64,000 bases of DNA. Origin: Candidatus Hydrogenedens sp. Its GTDB lineage: Bacteria > Hydrogenedentota > Hydrogenedentia > Hydrogenedentales > Hydrogenedentaceae. Position 1 is the stretch's first letter. Each line of letters starts with the position of its first letter. The notes beneath the pieces were generated by a model. That model did no database searches, was not told the DNA's origin, and saw only the letters and a program-made list of their open reading frames with translations. Positions 29,746 through 39,872 of the stretch are shown here, in pieces. The DNA lies in NCBI GenBank assembly GCA_049968235.1, contig JBMFRC010000009.1, forward strand, positions 64,001 to 128,000. Reading direction: 5' to 3'. A program made the position numbers and the translations under genes.

Positions 29746-30471
29746 TTGGAGAATGATTTTATGAAAAAATGTATAACAATAATCCTTTTTCTGATTGTGC
29801 TTTTATCCTATTCCAATATAGCAACAGCACAACCTCCTGACACAATGCGTCCTGATTTAGTAAACCCACCTCATCCGGAGGGCTTTCAGCAAGGTATACC
29901 TGCCCCACCTGGGGATAGGAATCCTCCACCACTACCAGGTCCTGGTATATATCCTGAACCCATAGGACCGCCTCCAGAAGGAGATTTACCTGCTCGGGAA
30001 ATACTGGAACAAGTGCTTTTAGCAAAAGTAGCGAAGCAACTAAATCTCAATGATGAACAAACAGTTATACTCGTTCGGAGATTTTACGAGCAGAAAGAAG
30101 TCTTATCCGAAAAAATTCAGCAACGAAACAATTTAGCAAATGAATTACATAAACTAATCCGTGATAAAACGAAAGGGAATCCTAAAGAGTTAGAAGAAAA
30201 ATTCTCCCGTCTCCTAAAAATGGATATGGAATTAGCAGAGTTAAGACAGAAATGGATTGATAATATTTCTATGGAATTACCTTTAGAGTCCAAAATCCAG
30301 TTATATCTACTTATTTCCGATTTCGAGAACGAAGTACGTAAATTTCTCCGTAAAGCCTACGATTGGAAACAAAATAGATTTCCAGATAATAGAGGTGGTT
30401 TAATGCCTCCGGAACAACGTCGCAGTAGGTCTCAAAAACCCAACAATAATCCCGATACAGAAAGTCAATAA
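29746..30471 (+). CDS. Periplasmic Pro-rich protein with LTXXQ-like motifs (Spy/CpxP-like)
   Basis: Signal peptide, Pro-rich linker, helical region with LNLNDEQ / LSEKIQQ repeats resembling Spy/CpxP-family LTXXQ motifs. Confidence 0.4.
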   Translation: MENDFMKKCITIILFLIVLLSYSNIATAQPPDTMRPDLVNPPHPEGFQQGIPAPPGDRNPPPLPGPGIYPEPIGPPPEGDLPAREILEQVLLAKVAKQLNLNDEQTVILVRRFYEQKEVLSEKIQQRNNLANELHKLIRDKTKGNPKELEEKFSRLLKMDMELAELRQKWIDNISMELPLESKIQLYLLISDFENEVRKFLRKAYDWKQNRFPDNRGGLMPPEQRRSRSQKPNNNPDTESQ

Positions 30472-30793
30472 CTATACACAGTTTTTTTACGATTAAAAGG
30501 TAGCATAATTTTAATGGTCTGAATTACAGAACTTAAGATTTACCTTCTAATTTATTCTTTAGTGTCGTAAACACAATCAACCTATAAACACTGGAAACTA
30601 AAAGAACGGCTACTGTAATTCTTGTATCCAGAAGAAAAAAGTTTCCTACATTCATTTCTTTATTAAAATATTTTTTATATCCGAATTAATTATATAGACA
30701 ATGATATACAGGGATATACAGGATAAAATCGGACCCGAAGTGGCATAAATAGTTTTTCTGGATTTCACTGAATATTAAGAAATTAGTAAATCT

Positions 30794-32263
30794 TTATCTA
30801 CTATGTCGAAGGTCATCAAGACTGGAATCTTTGATAGCATTGTGATTACGAGGCGGAATATTGTAATCAAGAGGAGTCGGTGTCGGATAGTTGTTATCAA
30901 AACATGCAGTACAAAAATGTCGTTTGTCACCAAAAGTTGCTTCGAGAATAGCAGGAATTGTTAGATACGCAAGAGAATCCACACCCAGGTACTTCCGAAT
31001 CTTTTCCACATCTACTTGATTATCTTGCTTCGACATCTTATAAGCAACTAATCGTTCACGATTCGGCGTATCAATCCCGTAATAACAGGAATTTATAATT
31101 GGGGGAGATGCAACCCGGTAATGGATTTCTTTTACCTTGCACCGTCGAAGCATTTTTATAATCTTACGGGAGGTTGTCCCACGAACGATACTATCATCTA
31201 CCAGTACAATCCTTTTTCCTTTTACCGTATCCTTTGACGGATTTAGTTTTATCTTAACGCCAAAATCACGCATCTTTTGGTCGGGTTCGATAAATGTCCT
31301 ACCCACATAGTGATTGCGAATAAATCCCATATCAAAAGGCAAGCCTGATTCATGAGCATATCCTAATGCTGCTGGATTGGATGAATCAGGAACAGCCATC
31401 ACAAAATCTGCTTCAATAGGTGCTATCCTTGCAAGGGCTCTACCTAACTCTTTCCGGACCAAATCAACACTTTTGCCGAAGATTACACTATCCGGTCGTG
31501 CCACATATATATATTCAAATATACATTGTTTCGGAATAACTTTGCGGAAAGGGAAAAAACTTGTTATTTGGTTATTGGCTATATGAACTACTTCCCCGGG
31601 TTCAACTTCACGAATCCATTTGGCTTCTACTAAATCCAGTGCACAGGTTTCACTGGCAAAAACATAAGACCTCCCCTTTTTCCCTATCCATAAAGGACGA
31701 AAACCGTAAGGGTCACGAACAGCAATTAATTCATTATGATTCATTACAAGGACACAAAATGCCCCTTTTACCTGTTTCAAAGCATCAATTACCGATTCAA
31801 CAAAGGTCTTCTTACCAGAACGGGCAATTAAATGAATAATTACCTCTGTATCTGAAGAAGATTGGAAAATGGCTCCTTTTTGTTCCAGTTCATACCGTAA
31901 ATATGCAGCATTTACCAGATTCCCGTTATGACAAACAGCAAGGGAGCCGTTTACATAATTTACTAAAAAAGGTTGAACATTTCGTAAATTACTGGAACCA
32001 AAAGTAGAATATCGCACATGTCCAATACCAATATGTCCCTGAACACGTGCAAGTTTATGAGCAGGGAATACATCATTTACCAGCCCTACACCTCGATGAG
32101 CTGTTAATGTTGCTCCATCGGAACATACAATTCCCGCCCCTTCCTGTCCACGATGTTGTAGGGCATACAACCCTAAATATATCCAATTTGGGGCAGATTT
32201 ATGATTATATATACCAAAGATACCACATTCTTCATGAAATTTATCTAATGTAAAGTTAAACAT
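30794..32263 (-). CDS. purF: Amidophosphoribosyltransferase
   Basis: N-terminal nucleophile MCGIFG equivalent (ECGIFGIY), a PRPP-binding motif and a C-terminal 4Fe-4S Cys cluster. Confidence 0.9.
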   Translation of the reverse strand: MFNFTLDKFHEECGIFGIYNHKSAPNWIYLGLYALQHRGQEGAGIVCSDGATLTAHRGVGLVNDVFPAHKLARVQGHIGIGHVRYSTFGSSNLRNVQPFLVNYVNGSLAVCHNGNLVNAAYLRYELEQKGAIFQSSSDTEVIIHLIARSGKKTFVESVIDALKQVKGAFCVLVMNHNELIAVRDPYGFRPLWIGKKGRSYVFASETCALDLVEAKWIREVEPGEVVHIANNQITSFFPFRKVIPKQCIFEYIYVARPDSVIFGKSVDLVRKELGRALARIAPIEADFVMAVPDSSNPAALGYAHESGLPFDMGFIRNHYVGRTFIEPDQKMRDFGVKIKLNPSKDTVKGKRIVLVDDSIVRGTTSRKIIKMLRRCKVKEIHYRVASPPIINSCYYGIDTPNRERLVAYKMSKQDNQVDVEKIRKYLGVDSLAYLTIPAILEATFGDKRHFCTACFDNNYPTPTPLDYNIPPRNHNAIKDSSLDDLRHSR

Positions 32264-32320
32264 ATTCCTTATAGTACTTCCTAACCAATTTTAGATTTTG
32301 ATATTCAAAATTCTACAAAT

Positions 32321-33208
32321 TTATGGAAGATTTCTTCCTGTTAACCGTGTAAATGCTTCAAGATATTTTTCTCGTGTTTTCGCTACAATATCCGGTGGTA
32401 ATGGTGGCGGAGGAGAATTTTTATCCCAGTTTACCGATTCTAAGTAATCACGAATAAACTGTTTATCAAAACTGGGCTGACTTTTTCCGGGTTCATACTG
32501 GTCTGCAGGCCAGAACCGTGATGAGTCCGGTGTCAATATCTCATCTGCCAGCACTAATTCACCATCCAGTAAACCAAATTCAAACTTGGTATCACATAAA
32601 ATAATTCCCTTTGTTATAGCATATTCATTGGCTCGTTTGTATATTTCGATAGCGATATTTCCTGCTTTCTGATTCAGTTCTTCCCCGATAATTTTTCCTG
32701 CCTCTTCCGACGATATATTTATATCATGTCCCACTTCTGCTTTTGTACTAGGAGTATAAATAGGTTCAGGTAATTTACTTCCTTCCACGAGACCCGATGG
32801 TAGTGAAATACCACAAACAGTTCCCTTTTCCTTATACTCTTTCAGTCCACTTCCGGCTAAATATCCACGGACAATAAATTCAACTGGCAACATTTTACAT
32901 TTACGCACATACATAGATCGGTCTTTGAACATCTCAGGATGATTACGAAATTCCACAGGGAAATCTTCCAATTGTGCCGATATCAAATGGTTGGGGATGA
33001 TATCTTTCATCATTTCAAACCAGAACAGGGACAACTGAGTTAATATTTTACCCTTATCGGGTATAGGTGTCGGATTTACCCAGTCAAATGCGGAGATTCT
33101 GTCTGTCGCGACTAAAAGAAGTTTATCTCCTAAATCATAAATATCTCTTACTTTTCCTCTACGGGTGGGTTCTTTCCCGTTTAAATTTGTCTCCGATAAT
33201 GAGTTCAT
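32321..33208 (-). CDS. purC: Phosphoribosylaminoimidazole-succinocarboxamide synthase (SAICAR synthetase)
   Basis: RGKVRDIYDLGDKLLLVATDRISAFD is the SAICAR synthetase signature. Confidence 0.9.
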   Translation of the reverse strand: MNSLSETNLNGKEPTRRGKVRDIYDLGDKLLLVATDRISAFDWVNPTPIPDKGKILTQLSLFWFEMMKDIIPNHLISAQLEDFPVEFRNHPEMFKDRSMYVRKCKMLPVEFIVRGYLAGSGLKEYKEKGTVCGISLPSGLVEGSKLPEPIYTPSTKAEVGHDINISSEEAGKIIGEELNQKAGNIAIEIYKRANEYAITKGIILCDTKFEFGLLDGELVLADEILTPDSSRFWPADQYEPGKSQPSFDKQFIRDYLESVNWDKNSPPPPLPPDIVAKTREKYLEAFTRLTGRNLP

Positions 33209-33237
33209 AAATTTTTTCCTTTTTTGATTTTAATTTT

Positions 33238-34530
33238 TTATTTATTGAAAAAATTTTTTAAATAAGGTTTATTTATTTCCAGAAGTTCATTTAATAATTC
33301 CCTGCATTTTTTTGCATCCGGCATTAAGGGATGACTTAATAAGGCTTGAAAAGCAAGTTCACGGTCTCCCTTTACTGCAGAATGGACAGTTAAAGTTTCG
33401 TAAGCCTTAATAATCTGCATCAAACCCCGAATCGAATGCTCCGGGTGCGATTGAGGAATAGAATGAGCACCATCTTTATCTATAATGGCAGGAATTTCAA
33501 CAGATACATCATCATCAAAAGTGGGAATGGCTCCATTATTTCTGCAACATACAATTTGCCGCGATTTTTTGTCATTTTCTATAGCATCGATTACCATTAG
33601 TGCCGCAGTTGAATAGTGAGCACCACCTCTCTTACTCAATTCTTCCGGTTTCTCTTTCAATTCAGGATTGGAATATTTATCAAACAATTTTTTCTCAATC
33701 TCCAACACTTCTTCTCCCCGTGTCTTTTCTTTTTTCTTTAACTGATTCAAAACAGATTCTGTCGAATAGTAGTATTGAAGGTAGTAATTACAAAACATAT
33801 TCAAACTTTTCATTGCTTCCAACATATTATTACGGGTTGTTTCGTCCTCCCACTCTTCTTCTGCATGCTCCCAGAATTTCTGTAATACTTCTTGAGTAAT
33901 ATCAACTCCCTGTTTTTTAAATTTACGGACCCATGATAAATGGTTCAATCCAACATAATCCAACTCAATTTCTTCCGGCTCTCCTCCTATATACTTTACT
34001 ATCTCCATTATCATACCTATAGGCACATTGCATAGACCAATTGTCCGAATTTTGCTATATTTAATTACTGCTTCCGTATTAATCCCTGCTGGATTTGTAA
34101 AATTAATGAGGAAAGCATTCGGACATAATTGTTCCATTTTTTGAGCTATCTCTAAAATTACAGGAATAGTTCGTAAGGCGCAGGCAAATCCACCAATTCC
34201 TGTTGTCTCCTGTCCTATAATTCCATATTTCAGCCCCAATTTTTCATCATTTATCCGAGCCTGCATCTGACCAACCCGTATTTGCGTTAATACATAGCGT
34301 GCATCTTTTACTGCATCAGCAATATGTGTCGTCTTATATATCTTACAGGACGAACTATAACGCTGTGCCAATCTCTCCGAAAAAGAATGATTAATCTCCA
34401 ATCTCTGTTCGTTTGTGTCCATCAACCAAATTTCATCAAATAAAAATTTGCCTTCTCTTGCAAATATTCCATCAATTAATTCCGGGGTATATGAACTACC
34501 ACCACCAATTACTGCAAATTTCATATCCAA
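33238..34530 (-). CDS. Glycoside hydrolase family 4 (6-phospho-beta-glucosidase CelF/LicH-like)
   Basis: MKFAVIGGGSSYTPELI Rossmann motif and the GLCNVP GH4 motif. Confidence 0.8.
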   Translation of the reverse strand: MDMKFAVIGGGSSYTPELIDGIFAREGKFLFDEIWLMDTNEQRLEINHSFSERLAQRYSSSCKIYKTTHIADAVKDARYVLTQIRVGQMQARINDEKLGLKYGIIGQETTGIGGFACALRTIPVILEIAQKMEQLCPNAFLINFTNPAGINTEAVIKYSKIRTIGLCNVPIGMIMEIVKYIGGEPEEIELDYVGLNHLSWVRKFKKQGVDITQEVLQKFWEHAEEEWEDETTRNNMLEAMKSLNMFCNYYLQYYYSTESVLNQLKKKEKTRGEEVLEIEKKLFDKYSNPELKEKPEELSKRGGAHYSTAALMVIDAIENDKKSRQIVCCRNNGAIPTFDDDVSVEIPAIIDKDGAHSIPQSHPEHSIRGLMQIIKAYETLTVHSAVKGDRELAFQALLSHPLMPDAKKCRELLNELLEINKPYLKNFFNK

Positions 34531-34672
34531 TACCTTTACTTCTTAATAATTAAAAATATTAATGCCCGATTATAACTATTGAGTAAATTTTAGAATATAA
34601 TATCGAATATGATGAGTTGGTTTAAAATATGACGCTCATAAAACAAATTGTATTATAAAAAGATAAAATTAG

Positions 34673-35611
34673 ATGACAGAACAGGAATTTATTTTCAATC
34701 TACAATGGGACACATCCGATATTATCAGTATCCTTTTATTAAGTTTCCTGTTTTTTTGGGGTGTGTTCCTGTTATATCAAAAATGGATAAAAAACTACGA
34801 TTATCCTCTCTGGCTAGACCTGCTATCCCTTATTATCATGTTTCTCGTCCTTGCGATTGAACTACTTCAATTCAAAGACTGGCTTCAAAATTACCCTCTC
34901 CTTTATGTCCTTTCAGCATTGGGACTGTTTATCACTGCATCTGCTCTCTACTCTCAGAGTTTTATTTCACTACTTACATTAATATTCTTAAGCATTATCC
35001 ACCCCGGAGAAGAATCCTCACCTGATGTCCCTCGTTTTGGACCTGCAGAAATATTAGAACGACAAAACGATTGGAAAGGTGCGTTAAATGAATATTTCGT
35101 CCTTGCCCGGATTTATCCCCACCATCCATCTGTTCATCTGCGGATTGCAAATGCCTATATAAAAATGAAACAACCTGAGGAAGCATTACACTGGCTAAAA
35201 AAATCATTACAATACCTTAAAAAAGAAGAGGATACCTATCTAATTATAGCCCGATATTGTGATATTGCACACGATATAGGCGATATACCATCGGCAAAAG
35301 AGATGATAGACTATTTTTTGAATCAATATCCAGAATCCACGCATTCGCAGTCAATTTTAGAAAGAAAAAAACGAATGAAGGTAGATAGTCCAAAAGAAAA
35401 ATCAATATTACTGGTCTCAATGGAAGATGTTCTACTGAATAGTAATGATATACAAGAAGATGAAAATGAGAAAAAAGGAAAGAAATTAATTTTAGAAAAA
35501 ATTAATGAAGACCCCATTACAGGTAACTCTGCAGAACCAGAACAGTTGAACAACAATGACGAAAATAAAGAGGATAAAAAATCAACAATATCCCGCCTGG
35601 AACCCATGTAA
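34673..35611 (+). CDS. Membrane protein (3-4 TM) with a C-terminal TPR-like domain and an acidic tail
   Basis: Hydrophobic N-terminus and TPR-like helices (ARIYPHHPSVHLRIANAYIKMKQPEEALHWLKKS). Confidence 0.45.
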   Translation: MTEQEFIFNLQWDTSDIISILLLSFLFFWGVFLLYQKWIKNYDYPLWLDLLSLIIMFLVLAIELLQFKDWLQNYPLLYVLSALGLFITASALYSQSFISLLTLIFLSIIHPGEESSPDVPRFGPAEILERQNDWKGALNEYFVLARIYPHHPSVHLRIANAYIKMKQPEEALHWLKKSLQYLKKEEDTYLIIARYCDIAHDIGDIPSAKEMIDYFLNQYPESTHSQSILERKKRMKVDSPKEKSILLVSMEDVLLNSNDIQEDENEKKGKKLILEKINEDPITGNSAEPEQLNNNDENKEDKKSTISRLEPM

Positions 35612-35625
35612 TATTTTATTGTATT

Positions 35626-36090
35626 CTAATTATCATTCCCCGTCATTGTTGATATATCTTTTTCGGGGACAGTTGCTATTGTGAGACCGGAATACCCTAA
35701 TTGTAAAGCAAGGTCAAATACCTTAACCGTGATACGGAAAGGAACCTCTGCATCAGATTCTAAAATAAGTGTGGCAGAAGGATTCTTCTCCTTTATTTCT
35801 TTAAGCCTTTTTTCTAACTCTTCTATTGTTATATGTGTGGGACTTCCACTTTCTTTTTCTGCAATAAAAATATTCCCTTTGCTATCAATAATAACCCTAT
35901 ATATATTTATATCTTTTATTTCATCCGTTGTTTTACTCTCCGGCAGTTGCAACGAAAGCCCTAAATGAGGATTAAATGTCGTTGTAATAACTAAAAAAAT
36001 AAGCAATAGAAACATCACATCAATTAGTGATGTAATATTTAAGAAAGGGAAGTCATTTTTGACAGGTTTTCCAAAAGGACCTTCACGCAT
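35626..36090 (-). CDS. exbD: Biopolymer transport protein ExbD/TolR
   Basis: N-terminal LNITSLIDVMFLLLIFLVIT TM anchor typical of ExbD/TolR; 154 aa; TAG stop. No exbB/tonB lies adjacent. Confidence 0.7.
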   Translation of the reverse strand: MREGPFGKPVKNDFPFLNITSLIDVMFLLLIFLVITTTFNPHLGLSLQLPESKTTDEIKDINIYRVIIDSKGNIFIAEKESGSPTHITIEELEKRLKEIKEKNPSATLILESDAEVPFRITVKVFDLALQLGYSGLTIATVPEKDISTMTGNDN

Positions 36091-36266
36091 AAAAAATTAT
36101 CTCGCACTTCAAGAATTCCCAATATAACACCGTTTTATAGATAGAATCAAAAATTTAGTAAAGAATACAGATTAAAATTAAAAAATTTGGCAAAAATTTA
36201 ATTTTTCTGGTAAACTTATAACGAAAGAGTGATGGAGGTAAGAAGTTTGACGTGAACGAGGTGTAA

Positions 36267-37217
36267 ATGAAGAACATTAGAGTTTGTGTCGCAGACGATA
36301 ATAAGGATGAAGTCCTTATATTATGCGAAAGTCTAAAATTACATAACTATGAAGCAATCCCTGCTTTTTGTGGAATGGAAGTGATTGATTTATGTAAGAG
36401 CAAGAATGTAGATTTGTTGTTATTAGACATAGGACTTCCCGATATAGATGGTATTGAAGTATGCAGAAGATTAAAAGCAGACTCTGATACCCATGATATT
36501 CCTGTAATTTTTGTAACAGCCAGAGGTTCCTCGCAAGATGTTGCTTTAGGGCATGATTTAGGTGCGGTTGATTATATCGCAAAACCTTATAATCTACCCA
36601 TGGTCCTCGTTGTAGTGGAAATGGCTTTACGAACCCTGCATACCTCCGCTTATGTGGATAGCCCGGTCGAGTTCTGGGATGACCCTATCTATACAGACCC
36701 GTTAACAGGGCTGAGAAATTATCGTTATTTAATGGAACGATTGGAAGAGGAAATTGTCCGAACAGACCGACACAAAACACCTCTCAGTTGTATCGTTATG
36801 GATTTTGCCGACTACAATATTGACGAAGAAGAAACTACAGAACGAACAGAATTGATAGAAAGCGAATCATTCCTGCAAGATGTTGCCTTAGCATTAAAAC
36901 AAAATTCCCGTAGTTGCGATATTTTGACAAGGTTCGAAGCATCAAAATTTGTCATTGTGCTCCCCAATCAAAATCTTGAAAGAGCAATAAAATACGTACA
37001 AAAAATATCACGAGAAGTTGAAAAAAACTTTTTAGAAGATGAAAAAACAGTTTCTTTACAATCAAAATTTGGGATTGTAAGTTGTAAAGATAAATGTATC
37101 CCCTCCGGAGAAGAACTTTTAGGTATTGCTATGAAAAATCTATTAAGAGCTTTTACCCGCCCCGGAATTAACATCGTAGGAAAAGACCTCACAGAGAAAA
37201 AAGAAGTTTTTCTCTAA
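36267..37217 (+). CDS. Response regulator: receiver domain plus a degenerate GGDEF domain
   Basis: REC (phospho-acceptor Asp in LLLLDIGLPDIDG); a GGDEF-fold C-terminal region (DPLTGL.N.R) in which the GG(D/E)EF motif is replaced by RFEASKF, so it is predicted to be catalytically inactive. Confidence 0.65.
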   Translation: MKNIRVCVADDNKDEVLILCESLKLHNYEAIPAFCGMEVIDLCKSKNVDLLLLDIGLPDIDGIEVCRRLKADSDTHDIPVIFVTARGSSQDVALGHDLGAVDYIAKPYNLPMVLVVVEMALRTLHTSAYVDSPVEFWDDPIYTDPLTGLRNYRYLMERLEEEIVRTDRHKTPLSCIVMDFADYNIDEEETTERTELIESESFLQDVALALKQNSRSCDILTRFEASKFVIVLPNQNLERAIKYVQKISREVEKNFLEDEKTVSLQSKFGIVSCKDKCIPSGEELLGIAMKNLLRAFTRPGINIVGKDLTEKKEVFL

Positions 37218-37380
37218 TTCTCACCCCAAATTATTTTGTTAGTTATCAAACAGTTCGTTATCTTACATTTGGTAATTCTGTAACTCATTGATATAATTCT
37301 ACTTAATGATTTAATAAAATAAAACCTATTAAAACCAATAAAAGTCTAATAAGCGAAGTAAAAACTTTTTAAGTCAAACA

Positions 37381-38238
37381 TTGAGGTGGATTTTTATGTT
37401 AAGAAAAAAATATTTCATTTCCATTCTTATCGTTGTTATTTTACTTAGTTTTATCCTCCCTTTATCTGCATTTGCAAAGACTCCAAGGATTTTAATGGTA
37501 GGTGATAGTTGGGCATGGTTTATGTATTTGAACCGTTCCCTGCGCGATGCTCTGGAAGATATGGGATTAGGTGAGTATGAAGAAATCGGTATTTTTACTA
37601 CTGTGCCCGGGAGTAAAGCCTACCAATGGGTAAATTCAAAATGGTTAGAACAAGTAAAAAAAGAATTAGATAATTATCCTACAATTGACATTATTCATTT
37701 AAGTATTGGTGGTAATGATTTTCTAAATAACTGGAGGATTGATATGCCACCTGAAGCCAAAGAAGCATTATTCCAACAGGTTGTCCGTGATACAGAAACG
37801 GTCATTCGTGCTTTACTGGATATGAAACCCAATCTTCATGTGGCTCTTATTGAATATGATTTTATCAATAAAGGTAAAGGAAAAGCCCGTTGTCAGGAAT
37901 TAAATATGGCAGGAGTGGAATTATCTCGCAGGCGAATGGAAATGTGTAAAAATATAGATAGATGCAGATATATTCAAACATATGGATTAATGCAATATAA
38001 ATTTGGAGTAGCAAATGATATTCCCCCCCAAACAGTACCTCTTCCAGGACAATATCCTGATTACAAACCTTTTCCCGGTGGAAATCCTGATTATTGTAAT
38101 GATGCAAAAGCCATGATGGATAATGTTCATCTAAGTAGTGAGGGATATTATCATTTGGCAAGATATTGCATCGAAGTAATTTATAAAGAATGGCTTACGA
38201 ATACAAATACTCAGTTGACTATTAGCAAAAAACAATAA
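37381..38238 (+). CDS. Secreted SGNH/GDSL-family hydrolase
   Basis: Signal peptide; block I ILMVGDSW (GDS), and a catalytic D..H near the C-terminus (DNVHLS). Confidence 0.6.
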   Translation: MRWIFMLRKKYFISILIVVILLSFILPLSAFAKTPRILMVGDSWAWFMYLNRSLRDALEDMGLGEYEEIGIFTTVPGSKAYQWVNSKWLEQVKKELDNYPTIDIIHLSIGGNDFLNNWRIDMPPEAKEALFQQVVRDTETVIRALLDMKPNLHVALIEYDFINKGKGKARCQELNMAGVELSRRRMEMCKNIDRCRYIQTYGLMQYKFGVANDIPPQTVPLPGQYPDYKPFPGGNPDYCNDAKAMMDNVHLSSEGYYHLARYCIEVIYKEWLTNTNTQLTISKKQ

Positions 38239-38250
38239 CAAAAAGTGCAA

Positions 38251-39018
38251 TTATTTTGAGAAAGGTCCTGGATTGTAATTATCCTCTCCGTTTACATCCA
38301 GATGATAACTTCCGCCCGGAAAATTAAAAAATTGGATTATGCGGAGTAATTCATTTAATCGTATTTTCCAGTCTTGAGGATTATAATCAGACTTATGAGA
38401 TGAACAATTTTTATTTCCTTCAAAAGGAGCATACCCATCTTCTGTTCCCGATTCACAATGATACTCCCGTGCATTGTACAATTGAACTACACGGAGAACT
38501 TCTGAAAGGCTGATACTCCAATCTTTGTTCGTATCGGCACTATGATAGTCATTATTATTCTTTACGGTTATTTTCCCTGCATTGACGGATACATTCTGAG
38601 TGAGTGCTTTATTATCTGCTCCTTCTGCACTTACTCCTGTTATCTGAATTTCTAAATTATCGGCTAATCGGGTTGTGCTTTGTGCGACTAAATTTCCTAA
38701 CAAGCCATTGGGAATAGGTTGTGTACCTCCATAAATAATAATGTTTATCTGAGAACCTGTTACCGAATACATTAATTTTTTCTCTGCACCTAAAGTTGAA
38801 GAGGGTTCTACTTCCAGCGGGAAAATATTGGATATATTGCAATTCCATTGTATTATCAATGTGCTTATATTTGAATTATTGCCATTCCAATTCAAAGATA
38901 ACTGGAATACTCCAGGAGTGGCTGTCTCAACATCAGAGATGGTTAAAACTCCATCTGCAAAAATACTGAAAGATATAATTACACATGTTGAGAAAATAAA
39001 AATAAAATTCCGCACCAT
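38251..39018 (-). CDS. Secreted hypothetical protein with two C-terminal dockerin-like repeats
   Basis: Signal peptide; repeats DTNKDWSISLSEVLRVVQLYN / NPQDWKIRLNELLRIIQFFN. Confidence 0.35.
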   Translation of the reverse strand: MVRNFIFIFSTCVIISFSIFADGVLTISDVETATPGVFQLSLNWNGNNSNISTLIIQWNCNISNIFPLEVEPSSTLGAEKKLMYSVTGSQINIIIYGGTQPIPNGLLGNLVAQSTTRLADNLEIQITGVSAEGADNKALTQNVSVNAGKITVKNNNDYHSADTNKDWSISLSEVLRVVQLYNAREYHCESGTEDGYAPFEGNKNCSSHKSDYNPQDWKIRLNELLRIIQFFNFPGGSYHLDVNGEDNYNPGPFSK

Positions 39019-39107
39019 AACATTTTCCTTTACCTATATTTTTTTTATAAGATAATAATACCTTAAAATTTCTTAATAAAATCAAATAAATAACTCAAAA
39101 TTTAATA

Positions 39108-39872
39108 ATGCGTGAACGACTGGATGTCCTTTTACAAAAACGAATGAATCTAACACGAGCACAGGCTCAATCTCTTATTCGTTCAGGAAAAGTATTTGAT
39201 AAAAACGGTACATGCCTTGATAAACCCGGAACAAAACTTCCCGAAAATATTGAGTTAAAAGTGATACAGGATAATCGTTTTGTAAGTCGTGGAGGAATTA
39301 AATTAGAACATGCATTAAATCATTTCAGGATAGATGTTCAGTCGGTCATCGCTATAGATATAGGTGCTTCTACAGGAGGATTTACGGATTGCTTATTACA
39401 ATACGGTGCAAAAAAAGTCTATGCTATTGATGTGGGATACGGTCAACTGGCATGGGCAATAAGAAATAATTCTCGTGTCATTGTCATGGAACGATGCAAT
39501 ATTCGATACTTAGACCCTGCTCAATTATCGGAAAAACCCAATTTTTTTACTGTAGACTGTTCCTTTATCTCTCTAAAATTAATTTTACCTAAAATAGTAG
39601 AACTTGTAGATAATCAATCCTGTGGGGTAATATTAATCAAACCTCAGTTTGAAGCAGGACGCGAACATGTAGAAAAAGGCGGAGTTGTTAAAGATAATAT
39701 GATTATTAAAAAAACGATTCATGAAGTATTAAACGAAGCAGAAAAACTTGGATTTGAAATTCAGGGAGTAGTTCCGTCTCCTATTAAAGGTCCTGCTGGT
39801 AATCAGGAATATCTGGCATATCTGACTTTAACAAAAAAGACAGAAGCACAGGATGGAAGTAATTCATGTTAG
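39108..39872 (+). CDS. tlyA: TlyA-family rRNA 2'-O-methyltransferase (hemolysin A-like)
   Basis: S4 domain at the N-terminus (RLDVLLQKR..LTRAQAQSLIRSGKV) plus an FtsJ-like MTase (IDIGASTGGFTD); TAG stop overlapping the recN start. Confidence 0.8.
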   Translation: MRERLDVLLQKRMNLTRAQAQSLIRSGKVFDKNGTCLDKPGTKLPENIELKVIQDNRFVSRGGIKLEHALNHFRIDVQSVIAIDIGASTGGFTDCLLQYGAKKVYAIDVGYGQLAWAIRNNSRVIVMERCNIRYLDPAQLSEKPNFFTVDCSFISLKLILPKIVELVDNQSCGVILIKPQFEAGREHVEKGGVVKDNMIIKKTIHEVLNEAEKLGFEIQGVVPSPIKGPAGNQEYLAYLTLTKKTEAQDGSNSC

